From: Rhodospirillales bacterium
GTDB lineage: Bacteria; Pseudomonadota; Alphaproteobacteria; MPNO01; UBA2964
Assembly (NCBI GenBank): GCA_038120295.1
Contig: JAYOLL010000010.1
Coordinates: 35,149 to 99,148, forward strand
Length of the DNA stretch: 64,000 nt
Direction of reading: 5' to 3'
In this document: one piece after another, positions 45,097-53,708 of the stretch
Layout: each line of letters opens with the position of its first letter
How positions within the stretch are numbered: position 1 is the stretch's first letter
Program-made: the position numbers and the translations under genes
The notes under the pieces: model-generated
The model's database searches: none
What the model was told of the DNA's origin: nothing
The model's input: the letters and a program-made list of their open reading frames with translations, nothing else

Positions 45097-47187
45097 ATGC
45101 CCGACGAGATAAATCAGTTCCGCAACGTCTCTCCACTTTTGCAGCCCGAATCCATGGCCATCGTCGGCGCGTCCGAAACCGGCGGCGAAGGCTGGTCGAA
45201 GGTGCTGTTCAACAACATCAAGGAGGCCGGGTTTCCGCTCCGTGTCTACCTGATCAACCCCAGCCGGGATGAGCTATGGGACCAGAAGGTCTATCCCGAT
45301 TTTTCGGCGCTCCCCGAACAGGTCGATCACGCCGCCGTGGTGGTGCCGGGAAGATTCGTCAACGGGGTCATCAAAAACGGTATCGAAAACGGGCTTAAGG
45401 CGGCGACGATCTTCTCCGCCGGCTTCGGCGAGGGCCGCAAAAAACTCGGGACCGAACGCGGCGCGGAGCTGCGCGCGATGATCCAGGAGGCTGGTCTCGC
45501 CGCCTGTGGCCCCAACTGCATGGGGACGTTCTCGCTGCCACGCAAGCTGTTGCAATATCCGACGACGCGTCTGAGGAATCTGCAGCAGGGGCCTGTCGGC
45601 GGCATCTTCCATTCGGGCGGCACGCTAGGCTACTGGTTCGCGCAGGCGGCGCAGCGCGGGCTCGGCTTCTCCTACGCGGTGAGCTGCGGTAACGAGTTCG
45701 GGCTGGATTGCGCGGACTATCTCAACTTCCTGGTTGACGATCCCGATACGGAGATCATCGTCGGCATGCTGGAAAGTATCCGACGTCCAAAGGCCTTCAT
45801 GGAGGCCGCTGGCCGCGCCTTCGAGGCCGGCAAGCCGGTGGTGCTCATCAAACTGGGCCGGACCGAGCTCGGCAAGGAACAGGCCGCCACCCATACCGGC
45901 GCGGTCGCGGTCGACGACGACGTGTTCCAGGCGATGTGCAACAAGTACGGCATCACGCGCTGCAACAATCTCGACGACATGGTCGAGATCGCTCTCGCCT
46001 TTACCCAGAAGCGCTATCCGACCGGCCGGAAGATGGCCATCGTGACGTCTTCCGGCGGTGCCGTCGGGCTGTCGCTCGATGCGGTGGACGACGCCGGTGC
46101 GACGCTCGCTACCCTGTCGCCCGCCACTGTGGAGCGAATGGAGGAGATCGTTCCCGAGGATGTCGACGTCTACAATCCGATGGATGCGGGCACGGCGCTC
46201 GCCGGCAATGTCGAACGGTTCTGCCGCCTGTCGAAGGCCTTCGCTGACGAGGACGATGTCGACATCATGGCGATCCAGGCGCGCCTGCCGATCCCGGGCG
46301 ATCCCGACAGCAATTTCGATATCTATGCGGACCTGATCGCTTATACCGACAAGCCGATCTTCGGCTTCTCGCGGATGGCTCAGAACGCCAACGATTCCTA
46401 CCGCGATTTCCAGAAACGCACGGGCCTTCCCTGCTTCTTCGGCATTCCGCAGACCGTACGCGCGATGCAGGCCCTGGTGCGTTACGGTGCGGTGAAGCGT
46501 CGCGGCGTACCGGCCTTGCCGGCACCCGGCGGAGATGCGGCCAATGTAGCGGAAGGTGCGCTGGAAGCGGCGCTCGATGCCGCAGGCCTCACCGCGCCAA
46601 AGCAGGAACAGACCGGCCCGACGCCTGAAGACGCGGCGGCCGCCGCCGGGCGTATCGAGTTTCCGGTCGCGCTCAAGATCGTCTCGGCGCAGTTCAGCCA
46701 CAAGACGGAAGCCGGCGGAGTCCGGCTTAACCTTGCAGATGCAGACGCGGTCGCGGCGGAAGCTGCCGACCTGCTTGCATCGCTGCCGGAGGGCTCCATC
46801 GACGGGTTTCTCGTGCAGGAGATGGTCGACGGATTCGAGATGCTGGTCGGTATGAGAGACGATCCGGATTTCGGACCGCTGGTCGTGGTCGGGCTCGGCG
46901 GCGTGTTCGTCGAGCTGATGAAGGACGTGTCGCTGCGCCTCGCGCCGGTCACCGCTGACGACGCCAAGGAGATGATCGCCGAGTTGCGCGGCGCAGCGGC
47001 GCTCGACGGTTTTCGCGGACAGGCGCCGCGCGATGTGAAAGCACTCGCCGATGCGATTGCATCCTTGTCGGCGTTCTTTGTCGATCACCGTACCTGGCTA
47101 AGCGATATCGAGATTAATCCGCTGATCGTACTGGAAGACGGCAGGGGCGTCCGGGCGATCGACGTGAGGCCGGTGCGAAAGAGTTAG
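45097..47187 (+). CDS. ADP-forming (NDP-forming) acyl-CoA synthetase, FerA/PauA-like
   Basis: 696 aa. A CoA-binding N-terminus (PESMAIVGASE), a succinyl-CoA-ligase-like middle and a C-terminal ATP-grasp domain. Confidence 0.8.
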   Translation: MPDEINQFRNVSPLLQPESMAIVGASETGGEGWSKVLFNNIKEAGFPLRVYLINPSRDELWDQKVYPDFSALPEQVDHAAVVVPGRFVNGVIKNGIENGLKAATIFSAGFGEGRKKLGTERGAELRAMIQEAGLAACGPNCMGTFSLPRKLLQYPTTRLRNLQQGPVGGIFHSGGTLGYWFAQAAQRGLGFSYAVSCGNEFGLDCADYLNFLVDDPDTEIIVGMLESIRRPKAFMEAAGRAFEAGKPVVLIKLGRTELGKEQAATHTGAVAVDDDVFQAMCNKYGITRCNNLDDMVEIALAFTQKRYPTGRKMAIVTSSGGAVGLSLDAVDDAGATLATLSPATVERMEEIVPEDVDVYNPMDAGTALAGNVERFCRLSKAFADEDDVDIMAIQARLPIPGDPDSNFDIYADLIAYTDKPIFGFSRMAQNANDSYRDFQKRTGLPCFFGIPQTVRAMQALVRYGAVKRRGVPALPAPGGDAANVAEGALEAALDAAGLTAPKQEQTGPTPEDAAAAAGRIEFPVALKIVSAQFSHKTEAGGVRLNLADADAVAAEAADLLASLPEGSIDGFLVQEMVDGFEMLVGMRDDPDFGPLVVVGLGGVFVELMKDVSLRLAPVTADDAKEMIAELRGAAALDGFRGQAPRDVKALADAIASLSAFFVDHRTWLSDIEINPLIVLEDGRGVRAIDVRPVRKS

Positions 47188-47281
47188 AAGAATTGCCGGT
47201 GTACCGCCGGACCGAAGCGCGGCATGATGCCGCATTGAAACGAAGCAGAAACCAACCAGACGAGAACAGGAGAGGATTTCA

Positions 47282-48202
47282 ATGCTGACCAAGAAATACA
47301 CATGCGTAAAGGTCGACCAACAGAAGGACGGGATCACCTGGGTGATTTTCAACCGTCCCGAAAAGCGCAACGCCATGAGCCCCACCTTCCATATCGAGAT
47401 GATGGATGTCCTGACCCGGCTCGAAACCGACCCGGATACCAAGATCGTCATCCTGACCGGTGAGGGCGTGTCCTACAGCGCGGGACAGGACCTCAAGGAA
47501 TATTTCCGTGAGACCGACGGCAAGCCGGAGGTCAAGGCCGCCGCAAGCGCCGCCAGCCGCTGGCGCAGCGACAAGCTGTGGATGTACAACAAGCCCACTA
47601 TCGCGATGGTCAACGGCTACTGCATCGGCGGCGCGTTCACCCACTGCATCTGCTCCGATTTCGCGGTCGCCGCGAATGAGGCGATCTTCGGCCTGTCCGA
47701 GGTCAACTGGGGCATTCTGCCGGGCGGCATGGTGTCCAAGTTCGTGACCGAAACGCTGATGCCGCGAGACGCGATGTTCTATGCCTGCACCGGCCGCACC
47801 TTCGACGGCAAGAAGGCGGCGGATATGGGGCTGGTCAATTTCTCGGTGCCGCTCAAGAACCTGAAGCGCGAAACGCTCAAGCTGGCCAAGGAACTGCTGG
47901 GCAAGAACCAGAACGTGCTTCGCGGCACCAAGCATGCGATCCGCGCCACGCAGACGATGGACTGGAACGCGGCGGCCGATTATCTCAACGCCAAGCAGGC
48001 CGAGATCAAGATGCGCGATGCGGCGCGTGGCCACGATTCCTATCAGGAAGGCATCCGCCAGTTCATCGACGAGAAGAAGTACAAGCCGGTCTTCTCGCCC
48101 TATGTCGGCGCCGGTGAGGGCAAGTCGGATGTCGGACCCGCCAAGAAGGCGGCCAAAAAATCCGCCCGGAAGAAGGTCGCGAAGAAAGCCAGGGCGAAAT
48201 AG
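47282..48202 (+). CDS. ech: hydroxycinnamoyl-CoA (feruloyl-CoA) hydratase-lyase, crotonase superfamily, with Lys/Ala-rich C-terminal tail
   Basis: It is collinear with Pseudomonas HCHL (NRPEKRNAMSP, DLKEYFRE, KPTIAMVNG, FGLSEVNWGI). It carries an extra roughly 30-aa tail ending AKKAAKKSARKKVAKKARAK. Confidence 0.75.
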   Translation: MLTKKYTCVKVDQQKDGITWVIFNRPEKRNAMSPTFHIEMMDVLTRLETDPDTKIVILTGEGVSYSAGQDLKEYFRETDGKPEVKAAASAASRWRSDKLWMYNKPTIAMVNGYCIGGAFTHCICSDFAVAANEAIFGLSEVNWGILPGGMVSKFVTETLMPRDAMFYACTGRTFDGKKAADMGLVNFSVPLKNLKRETLKLAKELLGKNQNVLRGTKHAIRATQTMDWNAAADYLNAKQAEIKMRDAARGHDSYQEGIRQFIDEKKYKPVFSPYVGAGEGKSDVGPAKKAAKKSARKKVAKKARAK

Positions 48203-48223
48203 CCTCTATACCGGTCTACGCAG

Positions 48224-48253
48224 AACGGCGCGGAATCTTCCGCGCCGTTTTCG
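48224..48253 (+). terminator. intrinsic terminator, possibly bidirectional
   Basis: ACGGCGCGG-AATCTT-CCGCGCCGT, followed by TTTTCG. It lies between the convergent ech-like and PEP-CTERM genes. Confidence 0.6.
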
Positions 48254-48265
48254 TATCTGGAAGGC

Positions 48266-49117
48266 TCATGGTTTCTCGCGACGTCTTTGGAGGGAGATAC
48301 TGATCAGCCCCAGGGCAAAGGTCAGAAGCGCGCCCGGTTCCAGCACGGAGATGGCGTCCGACGACACCAGGATGTTGTCCCACTGGGCGCCTGAAAACTG
48401 TGAGCCGAGGCCGGTATTTGCGAACGCGCCGCCGGGGTTGGCCGACCGGAAATCCGAAAAACCGAATACTTCGTCGATCGCGCCGATCTGCGCCGAGCCG
48501 ACAGCGAAATGCGTGGTTTCCAGCATGCTCCCGCCGAAATCGTACACGCCGTAAACCTCTCCCAGATTAGCGTCGAGGACGATCCTGAGGGTTTCAATCT
48601 GGTTGAACGGTCCATTGAAACTCTCGAACGCCGAGCTACTGCCGGTAATGCCTCGCGCGTCGAAGAAATAACCTGTGTTTCCCGGAATGTTGTCCTTGTC
48701 GAACAGGACCAGCCAGTATGCACCTGAGCGGTTCGACGATGCGCTTACGCTCGATCCCAGCCCCATGGCGGAATTGTGCGACGGCAGGGATGCGGTCTGG
48801 CCGAAGACGTCGACAGAGAATTCGTGGACCCCGCCGGTGCCTGACAGATTACCGAACTGCCGTTCTACGAACGCAAACCCATCGACGGTGCCGGAAGCAT
48901 CGTTGCCGTCCAGAACATTGCTGCCGCTGAAATTCGGGCTGGCGTTGATATTGATGTCGCCGCCGGTCCAACCGTTCGTTCCGGCCGCACCGCCTGACGT
49001 GCTGTGACCGGAAAAGTCTTCAGCGAACAGGATAGCGGCTGATGCCGGCGGCAGCGCCCACAGGAAGGCGGCGAAAAGGCAGGGAACGAAAGATTTCAGC
49101 ATTTTCATGCCGGCCAT
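48266..49117 (-). CDS. PEP-CTERM sorting-domain secreted protein
   Basis: N-terminal signal peptide and a Gly/Ser/Asn-rich body. The C-terminus SVLEPGALLTFALGLISISLQRRREKP has a PEP-like motif, a TM helix and a basic tail. Confidence 0.7.
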   Translation of the reverse strand: MAGMKMLKSFVPCLFAAFLWALPPASAAILFAEDFSGHSTSGGAAGTNGWTGGDININASPNFSGSNVLDGNDASGTVDGFAFVERQFGNLSGTGGVHEFSVDVFGQTASLPSHNSAMGLGSSVSASSNRSGAYWLVLFDKDNIPGNTGYFFDARGITGSSSAFESFNGPFNQIETLRIVLDANLGEVYGVYDFGGSMLETTHFAVGSAQIGAIDEVFGFSDFRSANPGGAFANTGLGSQFSGAQWDNILVSSDAISVLEPGALLTFALGLISISLQRRREKP

Positions 49118-49186
49118 GTTGCCAGCACGCGGTTTTGCGCAAATTATCCCTGGTCAATGAATGAAAAATCTTGTCGGAAATTCCGG

Positions 49187-49660
49187 TCAGATCGGGATTA
49201 CCATCAGCGTATCCACACGCCGGGAGTCAAACACCGCGATGCGTTTCCGGAACAGCGCTCTGCCGTCCTCGATCACGATCTCGTCGAGATATTTTCCGGT
49301 GCTGAAGATGTCGATGTCGCCTTCCTGCATGGTGCGGATGACGGCGTAGCCGGTCTGGACCTGCCAGGCGCCGTCCTCAAATCCCCGCACGCGGATGGCG
49401 CTGATCAGATGGCGGTAGACGTGCGGTTCGTAGATATTGGCGTTCCTGAGCGATGCGATCCGGTCGACCAGCATGCCGCGGCTGGAACATCTCATGACCC
49501 CGGTGGGCAGGCCGGCGGCGAAATCGTCGCGCGAGATCACCTGGTAGAAACACTCCTCGGTAAAGAAACCTGGCCATTCCTCTAGCCGGTCATCGTCGAT
49601 GCAGTGCGCGTAGTCGTAGATCAGTTCGCGGATTGTGCGCTCGGCTTCCCTGGCGTCCAT
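49187..49660 (-). CDS. aromatic ring-hydroxylating dioxygenase beta (small) subunit
   Basis: 157 aa, NTF2-like. The pattern IRELIYDYAHCIDDDRLEEWPGFFTEECFYQV is typical of RHO beta subunits. Confidence 0.85.
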   Translation of the reverse strand: MDAREAERTIRELIYDYAHCIDDDRLEEWPGFFTEECFYQVISRDDFAAGLPTGVMRCSSRGMLVDRIASLRNANIYEPHVYRHLISAIRVRGFEDGAWQVQTGYAVIRTMQEGDIDIFSTGKYLDEIVIEDGRALFRKRIAVFDSRRVDTLMVIPI

Positions 49661-49670
49661 GATGCGCCCC

Positions 49671-50927
49671 TTACACGTCCATCAGGGCGCGCCAGCCGGC
49701 CCAGAAACCGCGGATCGAGACTTCGGTGGCGCGGCCGTTCTCGCTCGGCGCGACATCGCGGCCGCCCATCTCCAGCACGGTGGTGCGGTCGCCGTCGTTG
49801 CGGGTCGCGCGCTGCACCCAGCCGCCCACCACCCCGTCCTCCATCGAGATCAGTCCGCCGGGGCCGACCATGTTGGACTGGACGATGCGCATTTCCTCCT
49901 GGTCGGCGGTGTCGTCTTCGGTACCCAGCAGCCACCAGACCAGTTCGCAGTCATTCGGTCCCTTGGGCAGGCACAGCCTGAGCGCCAGCGAGTTGTATAT
50001 CTGCTGGCACACGAAGTTGGGATAGATCGACTGGATCGCCAGCGTTGTGCCGCAATCGAATTCGGGCCACCGGTCGACCAGCTTCGGATCCGCAAGGGCG
50101 ATGCCGTGATCCATCGCGTGAAGGTTCTTGCCGCTATAGGTTTCGTCGCCGCCCTTGTCGGTGGCTTCCTTGGAATAGCTGATATGGTGCCAGCCGCTGT
50201 CGTTCAGACGGATTCCGCCGTCCATGGTCAGCCGGTTGATGCCGAACGCCGCCTGGAACATGTGGAGCAGGCTGGCGTGATAGGAATCGCGCACGTTCTC
50301 CATATAGAGCTTCCAGTTGTTCGGCATGAACTGGTTGTGCGTGCCGATGAGACGCATCTTCCGCCCGACCACGCGGTCGAGATTGTCCCGCATATCCGGT
50401 CCGAGATAGTCGTGAAGCGGCGGCGCTTCGTTGGAATAGGTCGCGAAGACGAGGTCGTGATAGCTCTCGACAAGCAGCTTCGGCATTGAGCGGCCTTCAA
50501 GTTCGAAATCGTCCGGCATGCCGCCGCGACCGCCGATGCCGCGGCGGAACGCGATACTGGTCAGATTGCCTTTCAGGTCGTACAGCCAGTTGTGGTAGAC
50601 GCAGGTCAGATGCGGCTCGTTGCCGCGGTTCTTCAGGCACACCAGGTTGCCGCGATGGCAGCACTGGTTGCCGAGTACGTTCACGTCGCCGTCCCCGTCG
50701 CGCACCATGACGACCGGCGAATCGCCGACATAGCGGGTGACGTAGTCGCCGGTCTCCGGAACCTCGCTTTTCAGACCGACGAAATTCCACACCGGCCCGC
50801 GGAAGATCCGCTGCTGTTCCACGGCATAGATATCGGCGTCGGTATAGACCCGGTAGGGAACCTCATGGATACCCTGTCCGGGCCAGCCAACAAGGTCCTT
50901 CAGCGATTCCGTCGCCATCGCGTACAT
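49671..50927 (-). CDS. aromatic ring-hydroxylating dioxygenase alpha subunit (Rieske)
   Basis: Rieske motif CCHRGNLV...CVYHNWLY, and a catalytic domain with His/Asp ligand regions (NVRDSYHASLLH). Confidence 0.85.
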   Translation of the reverse strand: MYAMATESLKDLVGWPGQGIHEVPYRVYTDADIYAVEQQRIFRGPVWNFVGLKSEVPETGDYVTRYVGDSPVVMVRDGDGDVNVLGNQCCHRGNLVCLKNRGNEPHLTCVYHNWLYDLKGNLTSIAFRRGIGGRGGMPDDFELEGRSMPKLLVESYHDLVFATYSNEAPPLHDYLGPDMRDNLDRVVGRKMRLIGTHNQFMPNNWKLYMENVRDSYHASLLHMFQAAFGINRLTMDGGIRLNDSGWHHISYSKEATDKGGDETYSGKNLHAMDHGIALADPKLVDRWPEFDCGTTLAIQSIYPNFVCQQIYNSLALRLCLPKGPNDCELVWWLLGTEDDTADQEEMRIVQSNMVGPGGLISMEDGVVGGWVQRATRNDGDRTTVLEMGGRDVAPSENGRATEVSIRGFWAGWRALMDV

Positions 50928-51025
50928 GGCCTGCCTCTTATCGTTTCCGGAATGGGCCGACTATAATCCCGGCGCTGGAGGCCATCAATTAACCTGGATT
51001 AGAGGTAGCTGCGATTTCCCAAAGG

Positions 51026-51137
51026 CATCCTTCGAGACGCTCGCTGTCGCTCGCTCCTCAGGATGAGGGCTCCTTCTGGGGAAGCAAAATAAAACCTCAT
51101 GCTGAGGAGCCGGCGTATGCCGGCGTCTCGAAGTATC
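51026..51137. repeat. REP/MITE-like composite hairpin, family 2 (second copy)
   Basis: CATCCTTCGAGACGCTCGCTGTCGCTCGCTCCTCAGGATGAGG (51026-51068) pairs with CCTCATGCTGAGGAG...GCGTCTCGAAGTATC (51095-51137). Confidence 0.8.
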
Positions 51138-51146
51138 CGTCTCCGA

Positions 51147-52109
51147 CTATGCACCCGGAATCAGCAGGCCTGTATTGCCGTCGAGGATCGCCGCGCCGTC
51201 GGCGCCGAGATCGCGCACCTCGTCGACGAATGTCTTTACCGCCGAGCGTTCGCGGATTTCCTGCGGGTAGTCGGTGGCGTAGACGATGCGCGATGCCGGC
51301 AGTTCCACCAGCGACGATTTGACCGAGCTGATCGCGCCGCAGAACCCGGCGGTGTCGAACACGAGGCGTTCGCGCAGATAGTAATCCAGGTCGTGTTCGG
51401 GCAGGCAGCCATGGCGCTCGTTTCCCTTCGTGCCCCAGAAATCCTTGTCCTGATAGGATCGCAACCGGCCCAGCACGGAGCCGATGCCGCCGCCCAGGTG
51501 GGCGATCTGGACCGTGAGTTCGGGGAAGCGGTCGAGCACGCCGCCGTTGATCAGCCGGATCACCGACAGCGCCATCGAGAATTCGCGCCCGATCGAGCGG
51601 CCCATGTCGTAGGCGTCGTATGGTTCCGGATGGTCGAGCTTGAGGGCCGGGTGGACGAACACGTACATCCCGCGCCGCTGGCATTCCTCCCAGAACGGGT
51701 TTAATGCCGGATCGTCCAGCTTCATGTTGAATTCGGAACAGATCACCACGCCGGGAAAGCCGAGCTCTTCCTGACAGCGGGCCAGTTCGGCGAACGCGTC
51801 TGCGCCGCCCAGCGGGTGGGCATGTGCGGTGCCGATGAAGCTGCCCGGATAGTCGTCCGCCGCCTTCTTCGCCGCGTCATTGATGATTTTGCTCTTGTCG
51901 AGCGGGCCGCACATGCCTTCGGCGCAGGACAGCGTCGCCGCATCGATCCCGGCTTCGTCCATCATCGCCACATGCTCGTCGAGATCGTAGAGCAGGTTGT
52001 GGAACGAGTAGCTCGGCACGCCGTGCGCGTCGTAGACGGTTTTCGCTTCGGCGTCCGGTCCGGGCCCCAGCTCGTGCGGAACAAAATGGTGCTGGAAATC
52101 GACGATCAT
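51147..52109 (-). CDS. amidohydrolase-2 family protein (ACMSD/decarboxylase-like)
   Basis: From MIVDFQHHFVPHEL. It has the HxH start, HAHP, HLGGG and ATDYP blocks. The track ORF adds 22 N-terminal codons. Confidence 0.8.
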   Translation of the reverse strand: MIVDFQHHFVPHELGPGPDAEAKTVYDAHGVPSYSFHNLLYDLDEHVAMMDEAGIDAATLSCAEGMCGPLDKSKIINDAAKKAADDYPGSFIGTAHAHPLGGADAFAELARCQEELGFPGVVICSEFNMKLDDPALNPFWEECQRRGMYVFVHPALKLDHPEPYDAYDMGRSIGREFSMALSVIRLINGGVLDRFPELTVQIAHLGGGIGSVLGRLRSYQDKDFWGTKGNERHGCLPEHDLDYYLRERLVFDTAGFCGAISSVKSSLVELPASRIVYATDYPQEIRERSAVKTFVDEVRDLGADGAAILDGNTGLLIPGA

Positions 52110-52198
52110 GAACGAGGCTCCTTGTTGCGCTCCTGCTGGCAGGGGGAAGACTATGCTCCTACACTGGCGCACCATAACATGCCGTCAGGGAGAGGCAG

Positions 52199-53683
52199 AT
52201 GTACGAAATCGGCGATCCGGTTCCCGATGTTCGAAAGATTCTCGACTCCATCGACCACCCCGTGATCGACGCGGATGCGCACGTCATCGAGGCGCGGTTC
52301 GCGCTGTACGATTTCGTGAAGAAGATTGCGGGCCCTGACGTGCTGGCGGCGTTCGAAAAACGCCAGGCAACGCGGAACAAAACCAATCACCGCAACGGAT
52401 TCTGGGCGTCCCCGTCGGGCGAGATGACGATTGACCGGGCGACGGTGATGCTGCCCGGGCTCTACTACGAACGGCTGGCGGAAGCCGGGATCGATTTCGC
52501 CATTATCTACACTTCCGAAGGGCTGGGCGCGCAGCAGGTCCGCGATACGGAGCTGCGGCAGACGCTGCACCGTGCGCTCAACATGCTCTACGCCGACATG
52601 TTCGGCCCGTACGCCGACCGGATGGTGCCGTCGGCCGTCATCCCCATGCACACGCCGGAGGAGGCGATCGCGGAGCTGGAATACGCGGTCGGCGAGCTGG
52701 GCTTCAAATCGATCAGCATCCCGTCTGAGCGGCGGGGGCCGGTGCCGGCGGTGCAGGAAGCCTCGCCCGAGCTCGGCGCGCTGACCCAGGTGATCCATTC
52801 CTTCACCATCGACAGCGAATACGATTACGACCCGTTCTGGCGGCGCTGCGTCGAGCTCGGCGTGGCGGTTACCGGCCATGGCGGTTCGCAGTCTTCCGCC
52901 CGGCGCATGTCGCCGCAGAATTTTGTCTATAACCGGCTCGGCAGCTTCGGCGTCGGCGCCGAGCATCTCTGCCGCTCGATGTTCATGGGCGGCGTCACGC
53001 GCCGCTTCCCGACGCTCAATTTCGGCTTCCTCGAAGGCGGCGTCGGCTGGGCGGCGGCGCTCTATAACGATCTCTGCGAGTTCTGGGAAAAGCGCAATGT
53101 CGATTACCTGCGCGAGAAGATGGACCCGGCAGACCTGGACATGGACCTGATGGTCGAGATGTTCGAAAAATACGGCAATGAGTACCTGACTGCCGAGCGC
53201 ATCGCGGTGCGAGAGAACGCTGATAACCTGTTCTCCTTCCACTGGGAGGAAACCCGAAGCATGGACGATTTCGAGGCCTGCGCGATCAGCCGCAAGGAAG
53301 ACGTGCGCGACCTGTTCGTGCCGAATTTCTATTTCGGCTGCGAGGCCGACGACCGGATGAACGCAGTCGCTTTCAACCCGAAGATCAACCATTTTGACGT
53401 CAAGCTGAAGGCGTTGTTCAGTTCCGACATCGGTCACTGGGACGTGCCGGACATCCGCTATGTGGTGCATGAGGCGCATGAGGGCGTCGAGGCGGGGCTG
53501 ATGGACGGGGACGATTTCCGGAACTTCATGTTCAGGAACGTCGCCGAACTGCATCTGCAGATGAATCCGGATTTCTTCAAAGGGACGGCGGTCGAGGCCG
53601 CGACGCAGAAGCTGATCGACGACGGCGAGATCGTGCTGCCGGATCACGGGGCGGCTCTGTCGGCGCCGGCGGCGGCCGAATAG
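52199..53683 (+). CDS. large amidohydrolase-family protein
   Basis: 494 aa. VIDADAHV near the N-terminus and SDIGHWD near the C-terminus fit metal-dependent amidohydrolase-2 proteins. Confidence 0.7.
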   Translation: MYEIGDPVPDVRKILDSIDHPVIDADAHVIEARFALYDFVKKIAGPDVLAAFEKRQATRNKTNHRNGFWASPSGEMTIDRATVMLPGLYYERLAEAGIDFAIIYTSEGLGAQQVRDTELRQTLHRALNMLYADMFGPYADRMVPSAVIPMHTPEEAIAELEYAVGELGFKSISIPSERRGPVPAVQEASPELGALTQVIHSFTIDSEYDYDPFWRRCVELGVAVTGHGGSQSSARRMSPQNFVYNRLGSFGVGAEHLCRSMFMGGVTRRFPTLNFGFLEGGVGWAAALYNDLCEFWEKRNVDYLREKMDPADLDMDLMVEMFEKYGNEYLTAERIAVRENADNLFSFHWEETRSMDDFEACAISRKEDVRDLFVPNFYFGCEADDRMNAVAFNPKINHFDVKLKALFSSDIGHWDVPDIRYVVHEAHEGVEAGLMDGDDFRNFMFRNVAELHLQMNPDFFKGTAVEAATQKLIDDGEIVLPDHGAALSAPAAAE

Positions 53684-53708
53684 AGGGCTGCGGAATAAGG
53701 GGGACACA

